From: Candidatus Woesearchaeota archaeon
GTDB taxonomy: Archaea > Nanobdellota > Nanobdellia > SCGC-AAA011-G17 > PNOQ01
Direction of reading: 5' to 3'
DNA length: 64,000 nucleotides
Assembly (NCBI GenBank): GCA_043812195.1
Contig: JBDRML010000016.1
Span: 22,093-86,092 of the forward strand
The number at the start of each line of letters is the position of its first letter. The first letter of the stretch is position 1. Of this stretch, positions 27,749-37,583 are shown piece by piece. The translations under genes were made by a program, and so were the position numbers. The notes beneath the pieces are model-generated. The model worked only from the letters and a program-made list of their open reading frames with translations, did not search any database and was not told where the DNA came from.

Positions 27749-28775
27749 TTATCACCCCAACAATTCTATACATATCTCTCAAATTATACCTTTGATCTAT
27801 AGGGATAGTTAAAATATTATCTGAAACATCCCACGACTCTGAAAATTCTTCTTTACTAACATCTTTAGGCAAGATCCAATGAATAGAGGGATAAATCTTA
27901 TTCTGTATCAAAAACTTTCTAATTTTATCTCTATCTTTAACTATAATAGGACATCCTAAAGGACAAACATTCTTAGAAATCTTAGGAAATAAAACCTTAA
28001 CATTTTTCATAGTTTTTAGTTTATTAACTAAGTATAAATAATTTCTTCTTCTCTTAAAAATAATCTCTCTCAAATCTATTCTATTCAATAAAAACTTAGA
28101 AATTCCAGACATTGCAACAGGCCTATCATAACTATCAATAGATCTATCTTCAGCTTCAACAAAAAATTTCCTATAATGTTTCTTAAGAAAAATAAAATTC
28201 TTTAACAAACCACCAATTAACCTATTAGAAACAAAATCAGTTTTAGTATGATTAACCTTAACTCTCTTATTAAAATTGCCTAAAAGAAATGCACCATCTG
28301 GCAAAGGTAAAAACTTTCTATAACTATTAAATACATAATCTCCAACAAAAGGATAGCCAGATAAAAATGATTGAACATAATCCTCAACTAATTTAATTTC
28401 ATTTTTTTCACAAATTTCTTTTATTTTATTTATTTCAGGCTGAATAAACCCAAAGTAATGAATAACTAAAACAAATTTAGGTTTTTTCTTTAAAACTTTC
28501 TTCTTTAAATCAACAATATCAACATTCAAATTCTTATCAATTTTATAAAATCCACAATCTAACCCCCATTTCTTTAATGGATCTAAAATAGAATCACAAA
28601 AATAAGAAGGCAAAAGAATATAAGAATCTTTATTTAATCCAAGATCTTTAATAATATAATCTATACAATCCCTTCCGCTAGTTAAAAGAATAGAATTTCT
28701 TAAAATATTATTCCTCTTACTATTAAAAAACAATTCAAATCCTATTTCAAAATCACTACCAATTTCTCTAATCAT
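27735..28775 (-). CDS. divergent DegT/DnrJ/EryC1-like PLP-dependent sugar aminotransferase (or dehydratase)
   Basis: 346 aa; N-terminal GSDFE...LTSGRDCIDY resembles the DegT family. Confidence 0.35.
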   Translation of the reverse strand: MIREIGSDFEIGFELFFNSKRNNILRNSILLTSGRDCIDYIIKDLGLNKDSYILLPSYFCDSILDPLKKWGLDCGFYKIDKNLNVDIVDLKKKVLKKKPKFVLVIHYFGFIQPEINKIKEICEKNEIKLVEDYVQSFLSGYPFVGDYVFNSYRKFLPLPDGAFLLGNFNKRVKVNHTKTDFVSNRLIGGLLKNFIFLKKHYRKFFVEAEDRSIDSYDRPVAMSGISKFLLNRIDLREIIFKRRRNYLYLVNKLKTMKNVKVLFPKISKNVCPLGCPIIVKDRDKIRKFLIQNKIYPSIHWILPKDVSKEEFSESWDVSDNILTIPIDQRYNLRDMYRIVGVINGLH

Positions 28776-28777
28776 TT

Positions 28778-29908
28778 TTAATAGGTCATTTTTTTATTTA
28801 ATAGCTTCTCACCTAATTCTATCTCTTCTAATACTTCACAAATATTTTTTTCTACATTCTCAGAATGATAAGGATTAACCATATCTTTTAACTTTTCTTT
28901 AAATTCATTAGACAAAGCCAAAGAAATAGCTTCTCTAATCTTTTCTTCATCATGTGGAACATCAATAACATTGCCAGCTCTTTCACGTCCTTCTTCCCTA
29001 ATACCTATATTAATACAAGGCAATTTAAACATAGGGGTTTCAACAATACCTGAACTAGAATTTCCAACCATTAAAGAAACATTTCTCAAAATCCCCATAT
29101 AAACTTCCGGACTCAGATTTTTGAATACATGAAAATTAGGTAAATATTCATATCTTTTAATAGCCTCTATTATCTTATCAGAACCAGGATCATTACTTGG
29201 ATAAATAACAACAACCTGTTTATTTAAATCTCTAACAACTTTAAGGGTTAATTCCATGTATTCTCCTGCTTTCTCAAACTCAGTACTAACAGGGTGTTGC
29301 AAAACCAATATAGTCTCCTTAGAAAAATCTACTCCAATTTTCCTTTCTAACTCTTCTTTTGAATCATATTCTTTATACAAAGGTGTTCCAGTCATAAAAA
29401 CTCTCCAAGGTTCTTCACCCATTTTAATTATTCTTTCAGCGCTTTGATAAGAACCAGGTAAATGGATATGTGCAAATTTAGTTATAGAATGTCTAGTAGA
29501 ATCATCAATAGATTTAGAAACATCACCACCACAAGCATGAGCTACAGGAATATTCAAATGTGCAGCAGCAATAGCAGCAGGTAATTTCTCAAAACGATCT
29601 CCTTCTATTAATAATATATCTGGCTTAATTTCATCTAATGCTTTAGTAATTTCAATTAAAAATTTACCAAAAAAAATCGGTGTATTTAGATTACTTTCTT
29701 GGGTATCAACTCCTATATCAATTACCTTAGCAATCTTCAATCCAGTTTCCCTAACAAAATCCAAAGTATATCCATGTTCTCTAGATAAATGCATACCAGT
29801 AACAATTAAAGATAATTCTAAATTAGAATTTTCATCAATAGCTTTTAAGGTAGAATAGAGTAATCCAAACTCAGATCTAGATCCTGTAACACAAACAATC
29901 TTTCTCAT
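28778..29908 (-). CDS. neuC: UDP-N-acetylglucosamine 2-epimerase (hydrolysing), NeuC-like
   Basis: KIVCVTGSRSEFGLL N-terminus; IEGDRFE...PVAHACGGDVSKSIDDSTRHSITKFAHIHL core motifs. Confidence 0.8.
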   Translation of the reverse strand: MRKIVCVTGSRSEFGLLYSTLKAIDENSNLELSLIVTGMHLSREHGYTLDFVRETGLKIAKVIDIGVDTQESNLNTPIFFGKFLIEITKALDEIKPDILLIEGDRFEKLPAAIAAAHLNIPVAHACGGDVSKSIDDSTRHSITKFAHIHLPGSYQSAERIIKMGEEPWRVFMTGTPLYKEYDSKEELERKIGVDFSKETILVLQHPVSTEFEKAGEYMELTLKVVRDLNKQVVVIYPSNDPGSDKIIEAIKRYEYLPNFHVFKNLSPEVYMGILRNVSLMVGNSSSGIVETPMFKLPCINIGIREEGRERAGNVIDVPHDEEKIREAISLALSNEFKEKLKDMVNPYHSENVEKNICEVLEEIELGEKLLNKKMTY

Positions 29909-31080
29909 TCAAAATCATCATAAGAAGCAAGCTGGTCTTTATTAACATTATGCTTCAATTTTCTACCAATAACTTCTTCATATTTATTTGCTGTAATTCC
30001 CCTAGCATCTGCTCTTTTCATAACTAAATGAGCCTCATTCAAAACAGTCCCAGCAACCAATCCATCTCTAAAAACAACAGATTTTTGTACAACTGGTTTA
30101 ATAGTAATTTCTCTTTCACAAGGTTTTTTTTCAAAAGATCCAGCAATCAAATCAAAATATTTCGCACCAATTTTCTCTTTAAGATAATCTACTCTTTTAT
30201 TAATTGGTATCTTTTCCATCTCCTTTATTTCTTGGATCATTTCTTTCAGTTGGTCTACTGATAATGACGCTTTATGATCTGGGCCATATGCCATTCTATC
30301 ATACGTAAAATGTTTTTCAATAAGCTGCGCACCTAATGCAACTGCAACTAAAGAAACATGTATTCCAATTGTATGATCAGAATACCCAAATAAAGTTCCT
30401 AATTCATCTTTCATAGTTAACATAGCATTTATGTTAGAATCTTCATAACGAGCAGGATAATCGGTAGTACAATGTAAAAATATAACATCTTTATTACCTT
30501 GGCTATATATTGCTTCTTGAGCAGCTTTAATCTCTTTGATATTTCCCATACCTGTAGAGACAACTAATGGTTTCCCTAAAGATGCTAAAAATTTCAAATA
30601 AGAAATATTAGTTAATTCCCCAGAACCAACTTTAATAGCAGGAACCTTAGTTTCATTTACTAAAAACCTAGCACTCTTTTCCTCATCAGGAGTTGACATA
30701 AAAATTATTCCTTTTTCATCACAATATTTTTTTAATCCAACAAAATCATCATAACTTAATTCTAATTTTTTAATCATATCAAACTGAGTTTCACCAGCAC
30801 CCGTCTGTTCCTCTTGATAAGAAGCCTTAGCTGTATCTGGTAAACAAAGTTCTTCAGTTATCCATGTTTGAAACTTAACAGCATCAGCGCCAGCATCTTT
30901 AGCAATATCTATTAACTGTTTAGCCTTCTCAACATCTGCATCATGGCAAACTCCAGCCTCAGCAATTATAAAAACAGGATTTCCAGGACCTATTTTTTTC
31001 CCAGTTATGTTTAACTCCATTAAATATAGAAACAAATAACTCCTTATAAAAATTATGTAAAGATGTTCTAAAACTAACAA
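29905..31080 (-). CDS. neuB: N-acetylneuraminate (nonulosonic acid) synthase, NeuB-like, with C-terminal SAF domain
   Basis: GPGNPVFIIAEAGVCHDADVEKAKQLIDIAKDAGADAVKFQT. Confidence 0.85.
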   Translation of the reverse strand: MLVLEHLYIIFIRSYLFLYLMELNITGKKIGPGNPVFIIAEAGVCHDADVEKAKQLIDIAKDAGADAVKFQTWITEELCLPDTAKASYQEEQTGAGETQFDMIKKLELSYDDFVGLKKYCDEKGIIFMSTPDEEKSARFLVNETKVPAIKVGSGELTNISYLKFLASLGKPLVVSTGMGNIKEIKAAQEAIYSQGNKDVIFLHCTTDYPARYEDSNINAMLTMKDELGTLFGYSDHTIGIHVSLVAVALGAQLIEKHFTYDRMAYGPDHKASLSVDQLKEMIQEIKEMEKIPINKRVDYLKEKIGAKYFDLIAGSFEKKPCEREITIKPVVQKSVVFRDGLVAGTVLNEAHLVMKRADARGITANKYEEVIGRKLKHNVNKDQLASYDDFE

Positions 31081-31089
31081 AAATAATAC

Positions 31090-31887
31090 TCAAAGAGCAA
31101 TAGAATATCCACAATCTACTAGAATATTTTGTCCAGTTATTGCACTACTTCTATCAGAAAGCAAAAATAAAACAGAGTCAGCAACTTCCTCAGGCCTAAC
31201 ACCTCTGTGCAAAGGAGCCCTTTCATTAAAACGATCAATCAAATCCTTCTTCTCTTTACTACTAGAACAAGCTTCTAAAACCTTACGTGTTTCAACATTT
31301 CCAGGAGAGACCGTATTAACCCTTATTCTTTTCTCTCCAAAAGTATTTGCATAAGCTCGAGTCATAGCTCCAAGACCTCCTTTAGAAATTGCATATAAAA
31401 CAGTATTAGGATTTTGCATATCTGCATTAATAGAACTTATGTTAACAATAGATCCACCTTCAGACATTTTAGGATACAATAATTCTATCAAATTGAATGG
31501 TGCTCTAGTGTTCACTGAAATAACTCTATCAAAAGATTCAATAGATCTTCCACCATGAGAGTCATCCTTTCCTAAAATAGCAGCATTATTCACTAAGCCA
31601 TAAATAGTATCAAATCTATCACTATCAAAAATTTCTTTCATTCTATCAAAATCAGAAACATCGCCTTGAAAATAATCAATTTTTTGGTGAGGAACCAATA
31701 AATTACTAAGTTCTGATTTATCAAATTCCAAAGAATCTATTCCAATAACATAAGCATTTTCTTGCACCAATTCACTAGAGATTATTGCACCTATTCCACT
31801 TCCAGCACCAGTAACTACAACCTTTTTTCCTTTTAAATTTAAATTCATTTTAAAATAATCTCTCAATAACTTTATGTTCAAGCCCAT
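31090..31887 (-). CDS. short-chain dehydrogenase/reductase (SDR)
   Basis: KKVVVTGAGSGIGA; YAISKGG Y-x3-K. Confidence 0.75.
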   Translation of the reverse strand: MGLNIKLLRDYFKMNLNLKGKKVVVTGAGSGIGAIISSELVQENAYVIGIDSLEFDKSELSNLLVPHQKIDYFQGDVSDFDRMKEIFDSDRFDTIYGLVNNAAILGKDDSHGGRSIESFDRVISVNTRAPFNLIELLYPKMSEGGSIVNISSINADMQNPNTVLYAISKGGLGAMTRAYANTFGEKRIRVNTVSPGNVETRKVLEACSSSKEKKDLIDRFNERAPLHRGVRPEEVADSVLFLLSDRSSAITGQNILVDCGYSIAL

Positions 31888-32602
31888 TTAACCCCTCTTG
31901 AACCCTTGGTTCTTTTAAGGGAAGCATCCATAATCTACCATTATTCACATGTTCATTATTTTCATCCAACATAGGAAACTTAGCTATATATTTTAAACCT
32001 ACTAACTCTTGCATTTTTTCTGCAAATTTAGTAGATGCTAAATCATCAGACTCTATAGAAGTATATGTAGTAATATGTTCAGCACCTTCTTGTTCAGAAA
32101 GCCTCACTGCAGCCAAATAAGCAAATGTTCCAAATCCTTTTCTTCTTACACTCTCCAAAAAAGCCATTTCCCAACAATGTGCTTGATTAGACCATTCTCC
32201 ATGAATCTCTAATTCAGAATCTCCATTTTTATCTTTTCCAGCCTTATAATGATAACCATCTGTAGGTTTAGCATGAACCCTAACACCCACAATCTCATCA
32301 TTAGAATCATAACACATTACAACACTATTTCCTACTTTATCTTCAAACTCCCTACTCCTAATATAAAACTCGTCTCTTAAATGAACATCTCCTCTTCTAA
32401 CTAAATCAATAACACGTTTAGGCAAGGGATTCCCTTCACAATCAGTCAAATCCATTTCAGTAATTACACAATTATAAAGAGTGTCATTATAAACGTTCTT
32501 AGACAATCTCAAAAGATCATTAGCAAGCCCATCAACACTACCTTGTCTAAAAACATGACCATCTTTGGTAGGTTGGCCCAAATAATCTAAAACTTTTTTC
32601 AT
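31850..32602 (-). CDS. hypothetical protein, possible GNAT-type N-acetyltransferase
   Basis: RRKGFGTFAYLAAVR resembles the acetyl-CoA binding motif; context in a nonulosonic acid operon. Weak. Confidence 0.3.
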   Translation of the reverse strand: MKKVLDYLGQPTKDGHVFRQGSVDGLANDLLRLSKNVYNDTLYNCVITEMDLTDCEGNPLPKRVIDLVRRGDVHLRDEFYIRSREFEDKVGNSVVMCYDSNDEIVGVRVHAKPTDGYHYKAGKDKNGDSELEIHGEWSNQAHCWEMAFLESVRRKGFGTFAYLAAVRLSEQEGAEHITTYTSIESDDLASTKFAEKMQELVGLKYIAKFPMLDENNEHVNNGRLWMLPLKEPRVQEGLNGLEHKVIERLF

Positions 32603-32723
32603 AATTTAAAGAAATTTACAACCGTTTTTAAAGCTTATGGTGGCATTTTAAAGTGTATAAAAACCGAACATATAGTCTTTAATTACACATTATTTATAAA
32701 CAAAACCACTTTTCCAAAAATGA

Positions 32724-33830
32724 ATGATACCAATTACAAAACCAACATTACCAAAATATGAAGAGGTAGAAAAAGAGCTAAGAAATATAATTGAAAGTGG
32801 CATGATTACAAATGCCAAATATGTAAGAGAATTAGAAAAAAATGCAGCAGAATATATTCAAATCCCAGACACTGCGGCACTCTCATCATGCACATCTGGT
32901 TTAATCCTAACACAAAAACTATTAAATCTAAAAGGAGAAGTAATACTTCCAAGTTTCACATTTCATGCAACTGCACATTCATTAGTTTGGAACAATTTAA
33001 AACCTAAATTCGTAGACATAGAAGAAAATCACTACAATATAGATCCACAAAAAGTAAATGAAGCCATAACTCCAAACACATCAGCAATTCTAGCAGTACA
33101 CATGTTTGGTCATCCAGCAGATACAAAAGCACTTCAAGAAATAGCAAAAGATAACAACTTAAAATTAATTTTTGATGCTGCACACGCCTTCGGCTCTAAA
33201 ATAAACAATTTAAACATAGGTAGATTTGGAGATGCAGAGGTCTTCAGTCTATCACCAACAAAATTATTAACCGCAGGTGAAGGAGGAATAGTATCTTCCA
33301 ATAATAAAGTGTTAATAAAAAAATTAAAAATAGCAAGAAATTACGGAGATGATGGAAGTTATAATTGTGAATATTCTGGATTAAATGCAAGAATGTCTGA
33401 ATTAAATGGAATTTTAGGCATTAAAACATTACAACAATTAGACCAAAATATAGAAAATAGAAACAAGCTAGCAGAATTCTACAAACAAAAATTATCAAAA
33501 TTAAAGATAGGTTTTCAAAAAATAGCTCCAAATGTAAAAACTACTTACAAAGATTTCTCTTTATATATTAACCCAGAAGAAATAGGCATTAACAGAGATG
33601 AATTATGTAATCAATTGGAAAAGAAAGGGATTATATCTAAAAAATACTTTTACCCTCCAGTCCACAAACAAACAGCATTTAAAGAATTCAACAATTTAAG
33701 GTATCCAATTACAGAAAAAGTTTCCACAAACGTTTTAAGTGTACCACTTTACTCCCACATGAAAAAAACAGAGGTAGAAAAGGTGTGTGATGCTATTTCT
33801 ACTATAATTCAAGAAAATGGAAGAAAATAA
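32724..33830 (+). CDS. DegT/DnrJ/EryC1/StrS family PLP-dependent sugar aminotransferase
   Basis: 368 aa; FDAAHAFGSK and SLSPTKLLTAGEGG (PLP-lysine region). Confidence 0.8.
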   Translation: MIPITKPTLPKYEEVEKELRNIIESGMITNAKYVRELEKNAAEYIQIPDTAALSSCTSGLILTQKLLNLKGEVILPSFTFHATAHSLVWNNLKPKFVDIEENHYNIDPQKVNEAITPNTSAILAVHMFGHPADTKALQEIAKDNNLKLIFDAAHAFGSKINNLNIGRFGDAEVFSLSPTKLLTAGEGGIVSSNNKVLIKKLKIARNYGDDGSYNCEYSGLNARMSELNGILGIKTLQQLDQNIENRNKLAEFYKQKLSKLKIGFQKIAPNVKTTYKDFSLYINPEEIGINRDELCNQLEKKGIISKKYFYPPVHKQTAFKEFNNLRYPITEKVSTNVLSVPLYSHMKKTEVEKVCDAISTIIQENGRK

Positions 33831-35238
33831 CAAGATAGACATGATACTTATACAAGAAAATGCAACTTTAAGAGATGTAATGAACAATATTGATAATTCT
33901 GGATTAGGCATATGCATAATAATAAACAATGAAAAGAAAATAAAGGGAATATTATCTGATGGAGATATAAGAAGAGCAATTCTAACAGGACACTCAATAG
34001 AAGATTCCGCATCTAAAATAATGAATAAAAATCCAACTATAGTTACAGGAAACTTCTCACTAAAAGAATTAGAAAAAACAATAAAAGAAAAAAAAATAAA
34101 CGGAAAAATACCAATAATAGATGAAGATGGGAAAATTATAGATTTAGCAATAATACCAGAACAAAAAATTAGATTCTTATCAAAACATAACGTAGCTGAA
34201 ATGCCAATGAAAAAAATACTGATCACAGGTGGTGCCGGTTATTTAGGATCAATCCTTTGTAGAAAGTTGTTAGAAAGGGGTTATGAAGTAAGAGTTTTAG
34301 ACAATTTAACATATGGAGATGATTCAATAAAAGATCTTTATGATAATCCAAATTTCGAACTAAAAATAGGAGACATTAGGCATATTGAAAACATAAGTAA
34401 AAATATACAAGACGTAAATGCAGTTGTTCATTTAGCAGGCATAGTAGGAGATCCTGCATGTGGGTTAGATCCACAACAAACCATAGAACAAAATCTTTTA
34501 GCAACTATGGCATTAGCACAAACTTGCAAGCATTTCCAAGTAAACAGATTTTTATTCGCATCAAGCTGTTCAGTTTACGGAGAAAATAATGATGTTCTTA
34601 CAGAAGAATCAAAATTAAATCCAATATCAGTTTATGGAAAAGATAAAATAGAAAGTGAAAAAGCTATCTTAAATTTAGCAAATGAAAACTTTTCCCCAAC
34701 AATACTAAGAATGGGAACACTATATGGTCCTTCTTATAGGATGAGATTTGATTTAGTATTGAACACAATAACTACATTAGCAATAAAAGAAGGAAAATTC
34801 TGCATATTCGGTGGAAACCAATGGAGACCTATGTTACATGTAAACGATGCGGCAGATGCTTACATAAAAGTTCTTGAAGCCCCGCTAAACAAAATAGGAA
34901 GAGAAATATTTAATATTGGTTCTGACGAAGGAAACCACAAAATCATAGATATTGGGAAAAAAGTAAAAGAAATTATTCCAGAAGCAATAATGGAAATAAA
35001 TGCAGAAGAAGTAGACGAAAGAAACTATAGAGTAAGTTTCAAAAAACTAAGAGAAACTCTAAGTTTTGAACCAAAAAAAACTATAAAAGATGGAATAATT
35101 GAAATTAAAACTATGACAGAAAGAGGAGAACATATAGACTTCAGAAATCCAAAATATAATAATTATATTTTTCTTAAAAATAAAAATTTAAAAGAATATA
35201 GGAGTAATATAAACTTCCAAGAAAGCAGCAAACAATAG
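33817..35238 (+). CDS. CBS-domain pair fused to NAD-dependent nucleotide-sugar epimerase/dehydratase (extended SDR)
   Basis: N-terminal CBS pair; KKILITGGAGYLGSILCRKL Rossmann motif; YGKDK catalytic Y-x3-K. Confidence 0.75.
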   Translation: MEENNKIDMILIQENATLRDVMNNIDNSGLGICIIINNEKKIKGILSDGDIRRAILTGHSIEDSASKIMNKNPTIVTGNFSLKELEKTIKEKKINGKIPIIDEDGKIIDLAIIPEQKIRFLSKHNVAEMPMKKILITGGAGYLGSILCRKLLERGYEVRVLDNLTYGDDSIKDLYDNPNFELKIGDIRHIENISKNIQDVNAVVHLAGIVGDPACGLDPQQTIEQNLLATMALAQTCKHFQVNRFLFASSCSVYGENNDVLTEESKLNPISVYGKDKIESEKAILNLANENFSPTILRMGTLYGPSYRMRFDLVLNTITTLAIKEGKFCIFGGNQWRPMLHVNDAADAYIKVLEAPLNKIGREIFNIGSDEGNHKIIDIGKKVKEIIPEAIMEINAEEVDERNYRVSFKKLRETLSFEPKKTIKDGIIEIKTMTERGEHIDFRNPKYNNYIFLKNKNLKEYRSNINFQESSKQ

Positions 35239-36036
35239 CATCGCCACAGCAATCAAAACTAAATCAATAGCATCTATCATTATATTCTTAAATCTGCCAG
35301 TTTCTAAATCCTTATTTATCATAGCAACAGAAATTATTCCGCCAGCTAATCCACCAACAAAATAAGCAGCAATCTCTGGAACACCATGAATAATATATCT
35401 CAATAACCCTAAAGAAAAAGCATGGAAATAACTAACAGCTCCAACACCACCAGCAGCTGCCCACATAGCTAACTTATCTTTAATGAAACTACCCATCGCA
35501 GCAGATATCACAGAAGCATTCCAAGTCAAAATAAATATAGCTCCAGCTCCAAAAAAGAACGCAAAGAATAATGAAAATAATAAGACTTTAAAATTATTCA
35601 AAAATATATGTAAAAAAATAGCGCCAGAACCAACAGCATCACCAACAATTTTACTATTAATCGCGCCAATAGTTTCTAATTGACTAGAAAATAAAGATTG
35701 AACTATAGTTGTAGGCAACACAACAAACCATACTGCAAATGCCAATAAAAACCCAACAAACATAAACAATAAATAACGCAAAGTCTTTCCATGATGGCTC
35801 AATAAATCTACTTGATCTTTAGACTTAGCAGCCTCTTCCTCTTCAGATTTCATAGATTTGTACATTAAAGGAACACTAACTAAAACAGTCAACAAAACCA
35901 TAATTAAACTAGAATAAGCTCTAAATATCCATGTAGCCAAAAACACAGCCACAGTAGCATATAAAAAACCTATAAACAAAAGTTCCCAAGGTCTTTTTAT
36001 TGCCCTTATCGGCGTTGACAAAGATTCTAAAGCCAT
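35188..36036 (-). CDS. SpoIIM/DUF95-like integral membrane protein
   Basis: 282 aa, 6 TM helices, Gly/Ala-rich helices resembling the stage II sporulation protein M family. Confidence 0.35.
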   Translation of the reverse strand: MALESLSTPIRAIKRPWELLFIGFLYATVAVFLATWIFRAYSSLIMVLLTVLVSVPLMYKSMKSEEEEAAKSKDQVDLLSHHGKTLRYLLFMFVGFLLAFAVWFVVLPTTIVQSLFSSQLETIGAINSKIVGDAVGSGAIFLHIFLNNFKVLLFSLFFAFFFGAGAIFILTWNASVISAAMGSFIKDKLAMWAAAGGVGAVSYFHAFSLGLLRYIIHGVPEIAAYFVGGLAGGIISVAMINKDLETGRFKNIMIDAIDLVLIAVAMLLFAAFLEVYITPIFF

Positions 36037-36069
36037 AACTAAAAGTACTCTACTTTATTTATATAGCTT

Positions 36070-36441
36070 TTGGAAAACAATATAACTTTAGAGGTTTTTA
36101 CATCAAAAAAACAAACAAATATTACAAATGATGGTGAAAGGGAATTCGATTTAATAGAACAATCAATTTCTGTTAAAAGTGACTTTTCTAGTTTAGAAAG
36201 TTTCAACTTAGACAATAAAAAATATTATATGCAATATGTTGGTAAAAACTTGCTTGGAGCACATTTAATTAGAATAGCAACTACAAAAAATAGAAAATAT
36301 CCAGACTTAAACAAAAAAACTGCAGTTTTACAACCAAGCTTAAATGAAGGTAGTTTTGAATTAGATGGATACACAGTAGACTACAATATTAAAGAAGGTA
36401 AAAGAAGAAGCGCTAAGATATATTTGAATAAAGCTAAATAA
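36070..36441 (+). CDS. hypothetical protein
   Basis: 123-aa ORF; no recognisable motif. Confidence 0.3.
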   Translation: MENNITLEVFTSKKQTNITNDGEREFDLIEQSISVKSDFSSLESFNLDNKKYYMQYVGKNLLGAHLIRIATTKNRKYPDLNKKTAVLQPSLNEGSFELDGYTVDYNIKEGKRRSAKIYLNKAK

Positions 36442-36471
36442 TACAAACAACAATATTTTTCTTTTTTATTT

Positions 36472-37506
36472 TTAATTTAATAATTCTTTCTGACTAATAT
36501 GTATATTCTTTTCTTCATATATCTTGTATATAACTAATAATATAGATAAAATCAAAGGACCAACTATAATTCCAACCATTCCAAATAAAGATATTCCTCC
36601 AACTATCCCTAACAAAATTATTACTGGATCTATTTTGGATCTTTTTCCTATAAAAATAGGTTTAAGGAAAGTATCTACATAAGTCAACAAAATTCCAGAA
36701 TAAATTATCAAAAGAATCCCATTTGTTACTTGGTTATTAATTAAAAGATATATAGCAGCAAATGGCCATACTAATAAAGGTCCAACAACAGGAATCATTG
36801 CAAACAAAGCTATAACAAGTGCCCATATAATTGGATTAGGAACTCCAAATAAAGAAAAACCAATCCACGCTATTACACCTTCTAAAATAGCAATTAAAAA
36901 TAAGCCCTTGAACAAACCTTTAATTATGCTATTTATTTCAGAGAATAATTTATCTTTATCCTCTTTTTTCATTGGAAACAATTTCTTAATTTTTGAAATT
37001 ATTTCAGTGCCTCTAATTAAAAGAAGATAAATTAGAAAAAACATTATTAAAAGACTAATTGTTCCCTTAGCCAAAAATTCTATTATTTTAGAACTTGATA
37101 GCAAGAAGAACTTTGATACTTCTTCTAAATTTTCCCTTATATGTCTCTCAAAATTTATGTTTAACCCAGTTACTTCTTTAAGAGTTTCTGAAACAGATGT
37201 CAACTCTAAATTATTAGCAGAATTAAAGGTATTTATAGCCTGATTAAATAAAGTATTTGCAAAAAAGATTAGTGGAATTATTATAAAAACAACTATAAGT
37301 ACTATAATAATAAGAGATGATAATCCTTTCTTTTTAATCTTTTTATTTATCCTTAAGTATACTGGATGTAATAATATAGTAAAGATTATTGCCCCTAAAA
37401 GAGCTGGCAACAAAGGTTCTATTACTTTATATGATAAATATATTAGTAATAATACTATTATTAGCAAAATATATCTACTATAATCTTTAAGATTTACTGA
37501 AACCAT
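36472..37506 (-). CDS. AI-2E family transporter (PerM/UPF0118-like membrane protein)
   Basis: 344 aa, 7-8 TM helices; family-typical segment GLFKGLFLIAILEGVIAWIGFSLFGVPNPIIWALVIALFAMIPVVGPLL. Confidence 0.6.
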   Translation of the reverse strand: MVSVNLKDYSRYILLIIVLLLIYLSYKVIEPLLPALLGAIIFTILLHPVYLRINKKIKKKGLSSLIIIVLIVVFIIIPLIFFANTLFNQAINTFNSANNLELTSVSETLKEVTGLNINFERHIRENLEEVSKFFLLSSSKIIEFLAKGTISLLIMFFLIYLLLIRGTEIISKIKKLFPMKKEDKDKLFSEINSIIKGLFKGLFLIAILEGVIAWIGFSLFGVPNPIIWALVIALFAMIPVVGPLLVWPFAAIYLLINNQVTNGILLIIYSGILLTYVDTFLKPIFIGKRSKIDPVIILLGIVGGISLFGMVGIIVGPLILSILLVIYKIYEEKNIHISQKELLN

Positions 37507-37583
37507 TAATAAAATACTCTTGTTTTAGTTTATAAATATTATCATTAGTTAGAATTATTTAAAAATAAAGAAGAAGAAAAAAA

